Sequence record: PV261924.1
Strand: one strand, 5' to 3'
DNA: 64,000 bases
In this document: positions 35,231-44,791 of the stretch, in pieces
How the letters are laid out: each line of letters starts with the position of its first letter
How positions within the stretch are numbered: position 1 is the first letter of the stretch
Program-made: the position numbers and the translations under genes
Notes under the pieces: generated by a model
Databases searched by the model: none
What the model was told of the DNA's origin: nothing
The model's input: only the letters and a program-made list of their open reading frames with translations

Positions 35231-35863
35231 TCAGAGGTCACCCAACTGATATAAATCAGTCACGAGTGTTTTACCAAGACCAACAGTAATTGTAGCACCA
35301 GTGCTGACAATCATTCTTGGTTCCTGGACTACAACATATGTATTATCTGCACCTGCATTTGTCGTATTCAGGTCAATTGTCTCATTGACATAGACAGTTG
35401 CATTGATGTAACTAAATGGACTTTCTGTGTTACTAGGATAACGAATAGCAGTACCAACACCACCACCAGCACCACTGACTTCTACGTTAATGGTGTCACC
35501 AGATTGTGAGAATGTAGTTGCAGTGCCAACAAAGTTAAGTGTATTTGCTTCACCTACAGATACACCATTGGAGTGAATACCAATGGTGGCTTGTGCTGCA
35601 TTGAATGCTTTATATGTAACAGCCTCGATAATGTCACCAGGCTGTGGATGTGTAATGAATGAGAAGTTATTACCATCACCAGCAGTGAAGTCAATACCTC
35701 TAATCTGTTTTGCACCGTTCAGATAGACATCAAAATACTGAAGATCGTATCCTGATGCAAAGTTATAGGTAGTTTGAATACCTGTGGGTTGATAGACCTG
35801 ACGTGAAACAGTTACCGCTGAGTCACTAGGAGATCTTCCGATGTAACCGTTATTTCCAATCAT
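35231..35863 (-). CDS. tail/baseplate-associated protein, 210 aa
   Basis: GYIGR...VYLNG.KQ...DFTA.DG module. Confidence 0.7.
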   Translation of the reverse strand: MIGNNGYIGRSPSDSAVTVSRQVYQPTGIQTTYNFASGYDLQYFDVYLNGAKQIRGIDFTAGDGNNFSFITHPQPGDIIEAVTYKAFNAAQATIGIHSNGVSVGEANTLNFVGTATTFSQSGDTINVEVSGAGGGVGTAIRYPSNTESPFSYINATVYVNETIDLNTTNAGADNTYVVVQEPRMIVSTGATITVGLGKTLVTDLYQLGDL

Positions 35864-36390
35864 CAGGCAACTCCTGCAAGGACACTCAGATTGACATCAA
35901 CAGCTGTTGCAGTATTACAATATACCCTGACTTCTTCGTTCTGTCTCAGGATTGTCTTACCTGCATCACTGATAACAAATGAACTACCCTGTGGAACAGG
36001 AATGTTATTTGCAATATTAACAAAAGTATTTCCAACACCAACTTCTACAAAGATGTTGATATTGTTATCGGACAGGTTACAGAAAGTACCACCGACCAGA
36101 ATTGACTTAGATGATGCAGTGTATGCAGTGGTGACACCCAAGAAACTTACGGACTGATTAGTCGCAGAAGAAGTATTGGTTGAAGTCTTGTCAAGTCTGA
36201 CCTGACCTGCATCAATATAAGCAACTTTTGCACCACCTCTGAAGTGAGTGGTTTTAACCATGTCACCAACAGCAACACCAGCAGTGGAGATACCAGTAAT
36301 GATGGTAACACCAGCTCCAATACTTCCGCTTGAACTAGTGGTCACAATACCAGCAGCTCTTGTCAGTGAATTTGTAAATGACTCCGCCAT
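35863..36390 (-). CDS. virion structural protein, 175 aa
   Basis: ORF track; late operon context. Confidence 0.7.
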   Translation of the reverse strand: MAESFTNSLTRAAGIVTTSSSGSIGAGVTIITGISTAGVAVGDMVKTTHFRGGAKVAYIDAGQVRLDKTSTNTSSATNQSVSFLGVTTAYTASSKSILVGGTFCNLSDNNINIFVEVGVGNTFVNIANNIPVPQGSSFVISDAGKTILRQNEEVRVYCNTATAVDVNLSVLAGVA

Positions 36391-36415
36391 TGTATTAATA
36401 CTTTTTAGTTATTTA

Positions 36416-37834
36416 TCAAAGTCCACCAAGAGCAATGACCATTGCTAATGAAGGAACAGAGTTATTATTGACAGTCAGTTCACCATCAATATTAGTGTCT
36501 CCTCTGACATCTAGAGTATATAAGGGGTTTGTAGTCCCGATGCCCACCATTGTAGTGGTGGCTGTTGATACAACAGTGAATGAAGAGTTAGCAAGACCTA
36601 CCTGAAGAGCATTCAGTGGATCATCCGTACCAATACCAAGAGTTGTAATGTGTGCTGTTGGTGCAGTGACAACACCAGCAAATGATGCATTACCTGATGG
36701 TAGGAGTGTGATACCAATACCAGTACCACCACTATAATCATAACCGACGTGAATACCTTTTCTTGCAGTAACAAAACCGAGAGAGTCAATGTTCTCTACA
36801 TCTTCATAAATCAGGGTGCCACCAATGGTGACATTACCTGTGAATGTTGCAGATGCACCTACAATATCAGTGACATATGCAGTAACAACACCGATTGACT
36901 CAAGACCAGTGACGATTCCGAGAGTAGATATACCAGTAACAACTAATGAATCTGCAACAACATTTGCTGTATTGGCAAGACCAGTAATTGTGACATTACC
37001 TGTTGAGCTGTCAACAGAAATATTATCACCCGCTGTAATTGAGGTGACAATACCTGATAATTCGGTGCCTCTACCATAGTAAGTTACTACACCAACAGAA
37101 CCACCAACAGTTGCACCGACACCCGATGATGTAATCTTAAAGTCTGCGAATGAAGATATACCTACATCAACATTCAGTTGAGTGACTGATGCAATACCAC
37201 CAATTACATTGGTTGCAATTCCAGCTTGTGCTACATAAGTCTGTTGTGAGACTGTAATTGTAGCAATACCACCGTTATTATTACCAGTTGCTACTACATC
37301 TAAACCTCTAAAATCAAGACCACTAAATGTGGTACCAAGACCTACTGAACTTCCTTCATCGAATATTAAAATACCTTCAATAGCACCTGCAGGTGCAACA
37401 GGTAACCATTGGGGAGGTTGTCCTACTCCTCTCGAATAGAGTCCATATCCAGTTATTCCATTCTCAAATGCAGAAGTGATACCAGGTTGTGCCTGATATA
37501 ATATCTGTCCTGCAGTACCACCGTAAATATTCGTTGCATTGGTGGCACTTGTGATTCCAGTCAGTCCCAGACCAGAACCATAATATTCGTTGGCTGTAAC
37601 GACACCAACGTTAATTACTGTCGTATTATTTACATCTACCGCATCAGTCGGTGTTGAAGTACCGATGCCGATACTTCCTGAAATATAAACATTCCCTCTT
37701 ACATCCAGATCCTGCATTGCAGCATCTGTATTCAAGCCGATACGTCCGACTACTTCTAGTGATGTCTTTTCCTCACTAAAAGAACTGACACCAACTTTTA
37801 AATTAAGACGGTCGTTACTTCCGTATCTTGCCAT
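36416..37834 (-). CDS. tail fibre-like protein, 472 aa
   Basis: Gly/Thr/Val-rich fibre repeats; YEDVENIDS module. Confidence 0.7.
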   Translation of the reverse strand: MARYGSNDRLNLKVGVSSFSEEKTSLEVVGRIGLNTDAAMQDLDVRGNVYISGSIGIGTSTPTDAVDVNNTTVINVGVVTANEYYGSGLGLTGITSATNATNIYGGTAGQILYQAQPGITSAFENGITGYGLYSRGVGQPPQWLPVAPAGAIEGILIFDEGSSVGLGTTFSGLDFRGLDVVATGNNNGGIATITVSQQTYVAQAGIATNVIGGIASVTQLNVDVGISSFADFKITSSGVGATVGGSVGVVTYYGRGTELSGIVTSITAGDNISVDSSTGNVTITGLANTANVVADSLVVTGISTLGIVTGLESIGVVTAYVTDIVGASATFTGNVTIGGTLIYEDVENIDSLGFVTARKGIHVGYDYSGGTGIGITLLPSGNASFAGVVTAPTAHITTLGIGTDDPLNALQVGLANSSFTVVSTATTTMVGIGTTNPLYTLDVRGDTNIDGELTVNNNSVPSLAMVIALGGL

Positions 37835-37839
37835 TGTTA

Positions 37840-38184
37840 TTACTGATTAAGTGTCTCTAAAACAGATGAGATGAACTTCACGTCAGTATTGCTACTGGAT
37901 GATATAACCATAGAATCACCAGATTCCAGAACAAGTTTGCCAGCCAAAAGATTGGCGGCATCATTAGCAGGAACTGGGAACCCTTTCAACATTTCAGTAG
38001 TAACTGCGATACCTGAAGTGGTTCTTTCGTGTGAAAAATTGATAGTTTGTGTGTCACTACCAACGTTGGTTGCTTGTGCTAAAAGGACAATAGCACTATA
38101 ACCAGTAGGTGCGGTATAGATACCGACCGTATTGAGTCCGACAACACCTGTGATTGTCTGATAATTGTTAAGGGCTAATGCCAT
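37840..38184 (-). CDS. virion structural protein, 114 aa
   Basis: ORF track; similar fold motif to the C-terminus of 35863..36390. Confidence 0.7.
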   Translation of the reverse strand: MALALNNYQTITGVVGLNTVGIYTAPTGYSAIVLLAQATNVGSDTQTINFSHERTTSGIAVTTEMLKGFPVPANDAANLLAGKLVLESGDSMVISSSSNTDVKFISSVLETLNQ

Positions 38185-38187
38185 CTT

Positions 38188-41100
38188 TTAGTCTCCTCCT
38201 CCTAATGCGAGAATATAAGGTGTAATGTTTGCAAACAGAGATCTTTGATATGCGTCACCTGTGATAGAACCTTCCAATTGATTAATAATAACACCATCAC
38301 CAATCTTAAAGTTACCTGCCTGGTCAGTTGATGTGTAAATGACCAGACCACCATTCTTACTTGTAACTTCATTTTCTGGTTTTGCTACACCACCTCTTTG
38401 TGGGAGTGCGGAAAGAGCAGTATTTCCAGAACCGATGTATTCAAATGCGTGGCTTGAAGCAAGTACTCTACTCTGTTTGAAGAATGGAACTGTTGTTCCT
38501 ACACCAACCGCGTAAGGTACATTTTCAGTAAAGGTGACTGTAGAGATACCCCCAACTACAGGAGTAGCACTACTAACCACATAGTATGTAGGTAAGATAA
38601 CAGGGGTGCCAGTAGCAGCACCATCAATATTAACAGTAGGAGTTCCTGTATAACCTCTACCATTTGAAATCATGTCAATTGATGTTACAACACCATCAGT
38701 GAGTCTTGCGACACCTGTTGCAGTGATACCCCAGGATTCAGATGGTGCAGAGAATGTGACAACTGGTGGAGTTGCATATCCTGAACCACCATTAGTAATT
38801 GTGACGCCACTGATAGAACTATACAATTCATCCAGATATACAACCTGACCATCATAAGGTCTAGTAACAAAGGTTTCTACCTCACCACCACTAACATATG
38901 TGTGTGCTAATGTAGAGACACCAACATAAGCTCTGAATTGTGTGTTAGATGGTACAGAATCCACCGTAAAGATATTTCCATAAGCACCACTTGGGAATGG
39001 AGCAAATGTACTGATACTTACGTTTCCACCTTCCTGATAATTGTGTGTAATAGTTGATGGACCAACGTTGACTGTGAACTCTGTGGAAGTTCCAACTGTG
39101 ATAACATCAAATACATGATTTGGAGCACCATTATTGTCACCAGGGGCAGGTGGGAAGTATGCAGTGGAAACACCACCACCAGAATCACAACTGAATACTA
39201 ATTGGGCGAAAGTAACACTTGCACCAACGTAGAAGTTATTATCGACTGATGTCTGAACAGTCATAATACCACTTACTCTGTCATAATTTGCGGTCGAAAT
39301 ACCGAATGATGTGACAGGAAGTTGTGAATCACATGTGAAGGTCATATCCTTCATTGTGACTGACATACCAACATTGAAACCGTGGTTAGTTGATGTTGTA
39401 ATTGTGGTCAGACCAGTTACATTATCATATTCAGCATTAGTAATAGTAAGTGTGTCAACACCAATGTCAAGTGGGAAGATATTTGTACCTGCTGCTTTTG
39501 CTTCTGTGACTGTACCGATGAAACCTTGTGGTCCAATACCATCAGCAACGAGACCCAATCTACCGAAGGAAGAGTTGGAGTTAGTTAGGTCACATTGACC
39601 ACCAGAAGTACAAACAATACTCTGGTCATTGTAGATTGTGAAGATTGAAACTAACTGTGCATAACCTTCATTGGAGATTGAAACACCAATACCACCCTGA
39701 TTAAGTTGAGTATAGGAGTCAACATTCATTGCTCTGGTATCACCAATGACGTGTCTACCGTCAATCTTCATACCAATACTATTTGAGATGAAGTTGGTGC
39801 AGTTACGGATGTAAGGACCCTGTGTTACATATGATGGCTTATCAGGGTTGAATGCGATAATTGCCTTACCTTCATTCAATGAACCAGTGAATGAAAGATT
39901 TTCTACATAACTACCATTTGCAACATAGATGAGGTCTTCATCTGGGTTTTGTGGGATGATTGAAACTTCTCTCAGACTGTCACCAAGAAGTGTGACCTGT
40001 TCTGGAAGAATGATTGGGTTGTTTTCTGAATAATTACCAGCAGAAATCTTAATGACTGTAGAAGTTTCAGCAACAGTCAGTGCAGAACCAACAGTTCTCT
40101 TCGCGGATGATACCAGATAACCATCATTTTCATCATTTCCATCAGGGGTAACAAACAGGATGTTGGTGACAGATACAAGACCAACAACACCAGTCAGGTT
40201 TGAACCATCACCATAGAATGCTGTTGCACTGACAATACCAGTCTGACCATACATCGTGATGGCTGCACCGACTGATGCAATACCAGAGACATACAGACTA
40301 TCAGTGACTGTTGTGAAACCAAGTGTGGTTACCCCAGTGATATTCAGTGTTGTTGCTGTAATACCAGTACCAGCAACAGTCAGTCCAGTTCCAGCAGTTA
40401 CATAACCACCCAGGGTTGAGACACCAGTTACCTCTAGTGCATGAGTTGTGGTGATACCAGTAACACCCAGATTTTGTACTGTAGTGACACCAGTCAGATT
40501 AGAATTCTCAAAATCCCCATTGAATACGGTAACACCAGTACCCAGAGTTACATCACCTTGGAATGTAGAAACACCAGTGACTTGTAAGAACTGAGTTGTG
40601 GTGACTCCACTGACACCCAGTGTTGCAATGGTTGAGACACCAGTTACCTCAAGGAACTGTGCAGTTGCAACACCTGTGACACCCAGAGTTTGAACTGTAC
40701 CAACACCAGTAACATCCAAGAACTGTGTGGTGGTGATACCAGTGACACCAAGTGACCCTGTAATAGTGGTCAGACCAGATAGTGAGGAGAAACCAGATAC
40801 AACCAGGTTATTAGGTATTGTTACATTGGTATCAAGACCAACTGTGACTGTATTACCAAGACCGATTGTATAAATCTCGTTTGTAGTACCTTCGATGGTG
40901 AAGGTCTCTTCGTCAAGGTCAATAGTGCCACCACCAGTGTCGGCATCGAAGGTCATTCCGATACCAGTTCTAGTCGCGTCTACATAAGCACGAATAGATT
41001 GTTGTGTCGCCAGAGCATCAGCTCTGTTTGACACCATATCATCCTCATCGAGAATAGTGGTGATACCAACTAATGCACCCTCTTCACCAATCTGTAATTG

Positions 41101-42012
41101 ACTGATTGTAGCAACACCAGTTACTCTTAAGTCGTGAGTAGTGGTGATACCAGTAACATTTAATGTCTTTGCAGTGGCAACACCCAGTGTGGTGACACCA
41201 ATAACTTCCAATGAAGTTGCGGATGAGATGTAACCACTTTGAAGATTGGTTGCAATACCAGCAAATCTTGCTCTTCTTACATCAAGTTGAGCCTTAGGGT
41301 CAATATAAATTGGAGTTGATGTACCCTGAGCAAGAATAATATTACCTGTAACACCGACAGGCATAAATGTGGTGGAGTTTAATCCATCCTGAACTGGAAT
41401 TCTACCAGCAGAACCACCTTTTAAGTTGGTTGAGATACCAGCACTATCGGCATATGCTACGTTAATTGCAGCAAGAGATGTCCAAGTTGGTGCTAAAGCA
41501 CCGTTTGACTGAAGAATTTCGCCTGCAGAACCAGCTGCAGTGAATCCAGTATCATTTGGTCCAATCTGATACAGAACTGCACCAGCAACACCACCTTTGA
41601 CATCAGTTGCAAGACCAGCGTTAGTTGCGTATCCAGCAACCGCCACACCAGTTGCAGAAATTGTAACTCTACCTTGACCAGATAAAGGACTGATTTGAAC
41701 ACCAGCACCAGGAACAACTGATGTAACTACACCACTTAAATTAACACCGTCACCGTAATAAGTCGCACCAGTGACGATACCAGCGGTCGTAATGCCAGTA
41801 AGATTTGAGTTGAAAAGATTTGCACCGTTATTGGCGGTGATATAGTTGGCAGTCAGTGCATTACCAACTAAAACGTTATTTGTAACACCAAGACCAAGGA
41901 CAGTTGCAATACCAGTGACTGTAAAATGTCCACTAACAGTCGATGGACCTACAATAATAGGACCAGTATTATTAAACCTATTGGCAATCTTGTCGGCCCT
42001 AAGTAATGACAT
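38188..42012 (-). CDS. long tail fibre/virion protein, 1274 aa
   Basis: (L.VTG(I/V)(T/S)T)n repeats; pectin-lyase-like beta-helix region (ILFVTPDGND.NDG...SPY..NCT). Confidence 0.75.
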   Translation of the reverse strand: MSLLRADKIANRFNNTGPIIVGPSTVSGHFTVTGIATVLGLGVTNNVLVGNALTANYITANNGANLFNSNLTGITTAGIVTGATYYGDGVNLSGVVTSVVPGAGVQISPLSGQGRVTISATGVAVAGYATNAGLATDVKGGVAGAVLYQIGPNDTGFTAAGSAGEILQSNGALAPTWTSLAAINVAYADSAGISTNLKGGSAGRIPVQDGLNSTTFMPVGVTGNIILAQGTSTPIYIDPKAQLDVRRARFAGIATNLQSGYISSATSLEVIGVTTLGVATAKTLNVTGITTTHDLRVTGVATISQLQIGEEGALVGITTILDEDDMVSNRADALATQQSIRAYVDATRTGIGMTFDADTGGGTIDLDEETFTIEGTTNEIYTIGLGNTVTVGLDTNVTIPNNLVVSGFSSLSGLTTITGSLGVTGITTTQFLDVTGVGTVQTLGVTGVATAQFLEVTGVSTIATLGVSGVTTTQFLQVTGVSTFQGDVTLGTGVTVFNGDFENSNLTGVTTVQNLGVTGITTTHALEVTGVSTLGGYVTAGTGLTVAGTGITATTLNITGVTTLGFTTVTDSLYVSGIASVGAAITMYGQTGIVSATAFYGDGSNLTGVVGLVSVTNILFVTPDGNDENDGYLVSSAKRTVGSALTVAETSTVIKISAGNYSENNPIILPEQVTLLGDSLREVSIIPQNPDEDLIYVANGSYVENLSFTGSLNEGKAIIAFNPDKPSYVTQGPYIRNCTNFISNSIGMKIDGRHVIGDTRAMNVDSYTQLNQGGIGVSISNEGYAQLVSIFTIYNDQSIVCTSGGQCDLTNSNSSFGRLGLVADGIGPQGFIGTVTEAKAAGTNIFPLDIGVDTLTITNAEYDNVTGLTTITTSTNHGFNVGMSVTMKDMTFTCDSQLPVTSFGISTANYDRVSGIMTVQTSVDNNFYVGASVTFAQLVFSCDSGGGVSTAYFPPAPGDNNGAPNHVFDVITVGTSTEFTVNVGPSTITHNYQEGGNVSISTFAPFPSGAYGNIFTVDSVPSNTQFRAYVGVSTLAHTYVSGGEVETFVTRPYDGQVVYLDELYSSISGVTITNGGSGYATPPVVTFSAPSESWGITATGVARLTDGVVTSIDMISNGRGYTGTPTVNIDGAATGTPVILPTYYVVSSATPVVGGISTVTFTENVPYAVGVGTTVPFFKQSRVLASSHAFEYIGSGNTALSALPQRGGVAKPENEVTSKNGGLVIYTSTDQAGNFKIGDGVIINQLEGSITGDAYQRSLFANITPYILALGGGD

Positions 42013-42039
42013 TACCTATAATGCTTCTTCCGTTAGTTG

Positions 42040-42064
42040 TATTTATAATATGTCAAGATAAATA
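42040..42064. promoter_or_regulatory. back-to-back divergent late promoters
   Basis: TATAAATA on the minus strand (42040-42047) and ATAAATA on the plus strand (42058-42064). Confidence 0.6.
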
Positions 42065-42091
42065 TTTTCAACCAATTCAGTATTTAACAAG

Positions 42092-42421
42092 ATGAAAAAA
42101 GGTGAATTTTGTCCCCTAATTCAGAAAAAGTGTGTAGAAAATAAATGTGCTTGGTATACTCAAGTTAGAGGTACAAATCCAAATACTGGTCAAGAAGTAG
42201 ATGAATGGAAATGTGCTGTGTCTTGGATGCCTATGATGGCTGTAGAAATTGCACAAAAGTCAAATCAAACTGGTGCTGCTGTAGAAAGTTTTAGAAACGA
42301 AGTGGTTGATGCAAATCACCAAAATCAAAAGTTGTATGCTCATGCATTACAACAGGGGATTGTTCAAGCTCAAGTAACTCCGTATCCCCCTATTGATACA
42401 TTACCTCCAGGTCAAGGATAG
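42092..42421 (+). CDS. Cys-containing protein associated with the tail-collar fibre gene
   Basis: CPLIQKKC....CAW...GTNPNTG..VDEW.CAV; convergent with 42412..44754. Confidence 0.75.
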   Translation: MKKGEFCPLIQKKCVENKCAWYTQVRGTNPNTGQEVDEWKCAVSWMPMMAVEIAQKSNQTGAAVESFRNEVVDANHQNQKLYAHALQQGIVQAQVTPYPPIDTLPPGQG

Positions 42422-44754
42422 GCATCCTTAGATGCAATGATTACGTCAATATATTGAACTCTGAAGTCCATTGAAGCTCCAGAGGTACCTTCATTGTCAA
42501 CGGTAATACCGTGAGTGTGGTTTGCATTATTAATACCTACACTGGTTCCATGATTATGACTTCCACCACTGTTAATTGAGATTCCAGTTAGTCTATTGCC
42601 ACTAACAAAATTAGCACGGGTAGATGCTGCAGCATTAGCACTTCTATTACCAAACTCCTTATTTCCACTAGGTGCGGAATAATCGTGGTTGTGGCCAGGA
42701 TCAGAAATACCGTGAGTGTGTGAACCACCACTTTCAACTGTAACACCATGGCTGTGATTAGCACTCTGATTACCAGATGAAGCAGTGTGATTGTGTCTCA
42801 GTAGTGGAACACTTCTTGTTGCAAAAGTTGAGGTAAACGTGTTGTTACCACCCGTACCACCACCACTACCAGACACAACTCTAAGTGCCTTATTATTCTG
42901 AGTTGTTAGTTTAGTCCAACCTGATGGTGCAGATGCCTGATAGAACAACATAGTCGTTCCTGCAGGTATCACTGCAGTTCTTACTTCATCATAAACATCG
43001 GTGACAAGATTTGCTGTTGCTGCTCTGGTAGTTGATGAACTGTTAGGTGGGAAAGTATCATAAAGTTGTACTACACCCTGAGCGGTTGTTGATGCATCAG
43101 GAATTCTATCTGCATTGATAGTACCTTGTGAAATGTTTGAACCATCAAGGTTTGTAAGATTATCACCAGCACCAGCAATATTTGCTGCAGTCAGAGTGTT
43201 AGTAGATGGATTATATGTGAATTGACCTGATTGAGAGTCAATATAAGGTCTTTGATAACCAGCTCCTTGATTGTCACTGAATAATACCTGATAAGTTGTA
43301 TTATTAGATTTTTTATCTACATTAATATTGTCTGCATTGGTTGCAGTACCAGCCAAACCAGCAGTAACCGTTGTGGCTGTGATATTGGTTGATGACAGTG
43401 TATTTGTAGAAGGATTATAAGTTAATCTATCACTATCACTATCAATCAATTGTCTCTGATAGTCTGCACTTCCTGGGTTACTAAATGTAACTTGGAATTT
43501 AGTATTTGCACTGCTTGAGTCAATATTAATATTGTCAGCACCTGTTGCGATACCAGACAAGTTACCAATAACTCTATTGACAGTCAGTCGATTGGTTGAT
43601 GGGTTGTAGGACATCTGTCCATCTTCACTATCAACATACAAGTTTTGATAGTTTGAACCAATACCTAAAGTATCACTAAATGGAACTTGATATGCTACAT
43701 TATCACTCTTCTCTTGAAGACTGACTCTATCAGCACCAGTTGAAACTCCAATCAGAGCAGTCTGGTCTTGTCTGACAGTCAGAATACCAGAACTGACACT
43801 GAAGTCTGGACCTTTCAGATTATTGATAGTACCAATACCTGAAACATAAATCTGTTCAAAGTCTGCTTGAGTATCACTGTCTAAGAACTGAGAAACTGTC
43901 AGAACACCAACAGTATAGGTTTTATTGTCATTATCAACATAAATCGTACCACCCATACCAGCAACGTTTGATGCTTGATAGTACAGGATGTTAGGTGAAT
44001 TGAATGGAACCTTGAAGGTAACAACACCAACCTGAGCACCATTGTTAGTGACACCATCTGAATACTGATTATTCAGGTCAGCAGTTGGTTGTGTCTTGAG
44101 GTAGAATGGGAAACCACCAGAGTCAAGGTGGAACTCATATTTCTGACCTCTTGAAACATAAATTTCTGGATTGTCAGTGTTCTGAGTGAAACCAATACCA
44201 GGTGGGTCACCCGCAACTAAGAATCTAAAGGTATCACTAGTGACTTCTTCAATATTAAACTTAGTATATACCTCTGCATTATTTGCATCAAGTACATTAT
44301 CTACAGTGACATTAGTAAAGCCAACTGTACCACCAGCAGAAATCTGACCTTCGAGTCGATTACCCTTAATCGTACCAGTGACTTCTACATCACCAAAAAT
44401 ATATGCTGCTGTTGTACCAGTGGATACGGGACCATAAAGGTCTAAAGTATAAACTGGTGAGGTTGAACCGATACCAATCTTAGCGTCGAGTTTGTCAATC
44501 GATACAAAAGTACCACCTACACCAACATCAATACCGTCATTGGCAGTAATGATACCAGTAAAGGCACCTCTTTGAGCTGTAATTGTGGTACCTACTGCAA
44601 GGTCTGAACTTACCTCAGCGTTACCAATTACAACTAATTTTCTATTGGGGGTGGTAGTACCTAGACCAACTTTATCATTGTCAGAATCAGCAAAAATTAA
44701 ATTTTCGTTGACCTGTAAACCATTTTTAACGACAAAATCCTTATCTATCGCCAT
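42412..44754 (-). CDS. tail fibre with C-terminal tail-collar-like domain
   Basis: IPAGTTMLFYQASAPSGWTK...H.H motifs. Confidence 0.8.
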   Translation of the reverse strand: MAIDKDFVVKNGLQVNENLIFADSDNDKVGLGTTTPNRKLVVIGNAEVSSDLAVGTTITAQRGAFTGIITANDGIDVGVGGTFVSIDKLDAKIGIGSTSPVYTLDLYGPVSTGTTAAYIFGDVEVTGTIKGNRLEGQISAGGTVGFTNVTVDNVLDANNAEVYTKFNIEEVTSDTFRFLVAGDPPGIGFTQNTDNPEIYVSRGQKYEFHLDSGGFPFYLKTQPTADLNNQYSDGVTNNGAQVGVVTFKVPFNSPNILYYQASNVAGMGGTIYVDNDNKTYTVGVLTVSQFLDSDTQADFEQIYVSGIGTINNLKGPDFSVSSGILTVRQDQTALIGVSTGADRVSLQEKSDNVAYQVPFSDTLGIGSNYQNLYVDSEDGQMSYNPSTNRLTVNRVIGNLSGIATGADNINIDSSSANTKFQVTFSNPGSADYQRQLIDSDSDRLTYNPSTNTLSSTNITATTVTAGLAGTATNADNINVDKKSNNTTYQVLFSDNQGAGYQRPYIDSQSGQFTYNPSTNTLTAANIAGAGDNLTNLDGSNISQGTINADRIPDASTTAQGVVQLYDTFPPNSSSTTRAATANLVTDVYDEVRTAVIPAGTTMLFYQASAPSGWTKLTTQNNKALRVVSGSGGGTGGNNTFTSTFATRSVPLLRHNHTASSGNQSANHSHGVTVESGGSHTHGISDPGHNHDYSAPSGNKEFGNRSANAAASTRANFVSGNRLTGISINSGGSHNHGTSVGINNANHTHGITVDNEGTSGASMDFRVQYIDVIIASKDAYP

Positions 44755-44791
44755 TTGGGTTCACTCTCCCCCACTATTTTTTTATTATTTA

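Larger units (their letters stand above)
18275..36416 (-). repeat. identical 15-bp late-promoter word ATAAATAACTAAAAA, 9 copies
   Basis: TTTTTAGTTATTTAT at 18275, 19730, 22251, 24536, 25909, 27824, 32115, 33633, 36402; variants at about 23235 and 35217; contains the T4-type late promoter core TAAATA. Confidence 0.9.

Noticed and set aside
40300-41200. (L.VTG(I/V)(T/S)T) repeats in the 1274-aa protein as a DNA repeat element
   Set aside because: Degenerate at the DNA level; ordinary fibre/beta-solenoid protein repeats
42051-42056. TTGACA on the minus strand as an early promoter
   Set aside because: No -10 hexamer at 16-18 bp spacing
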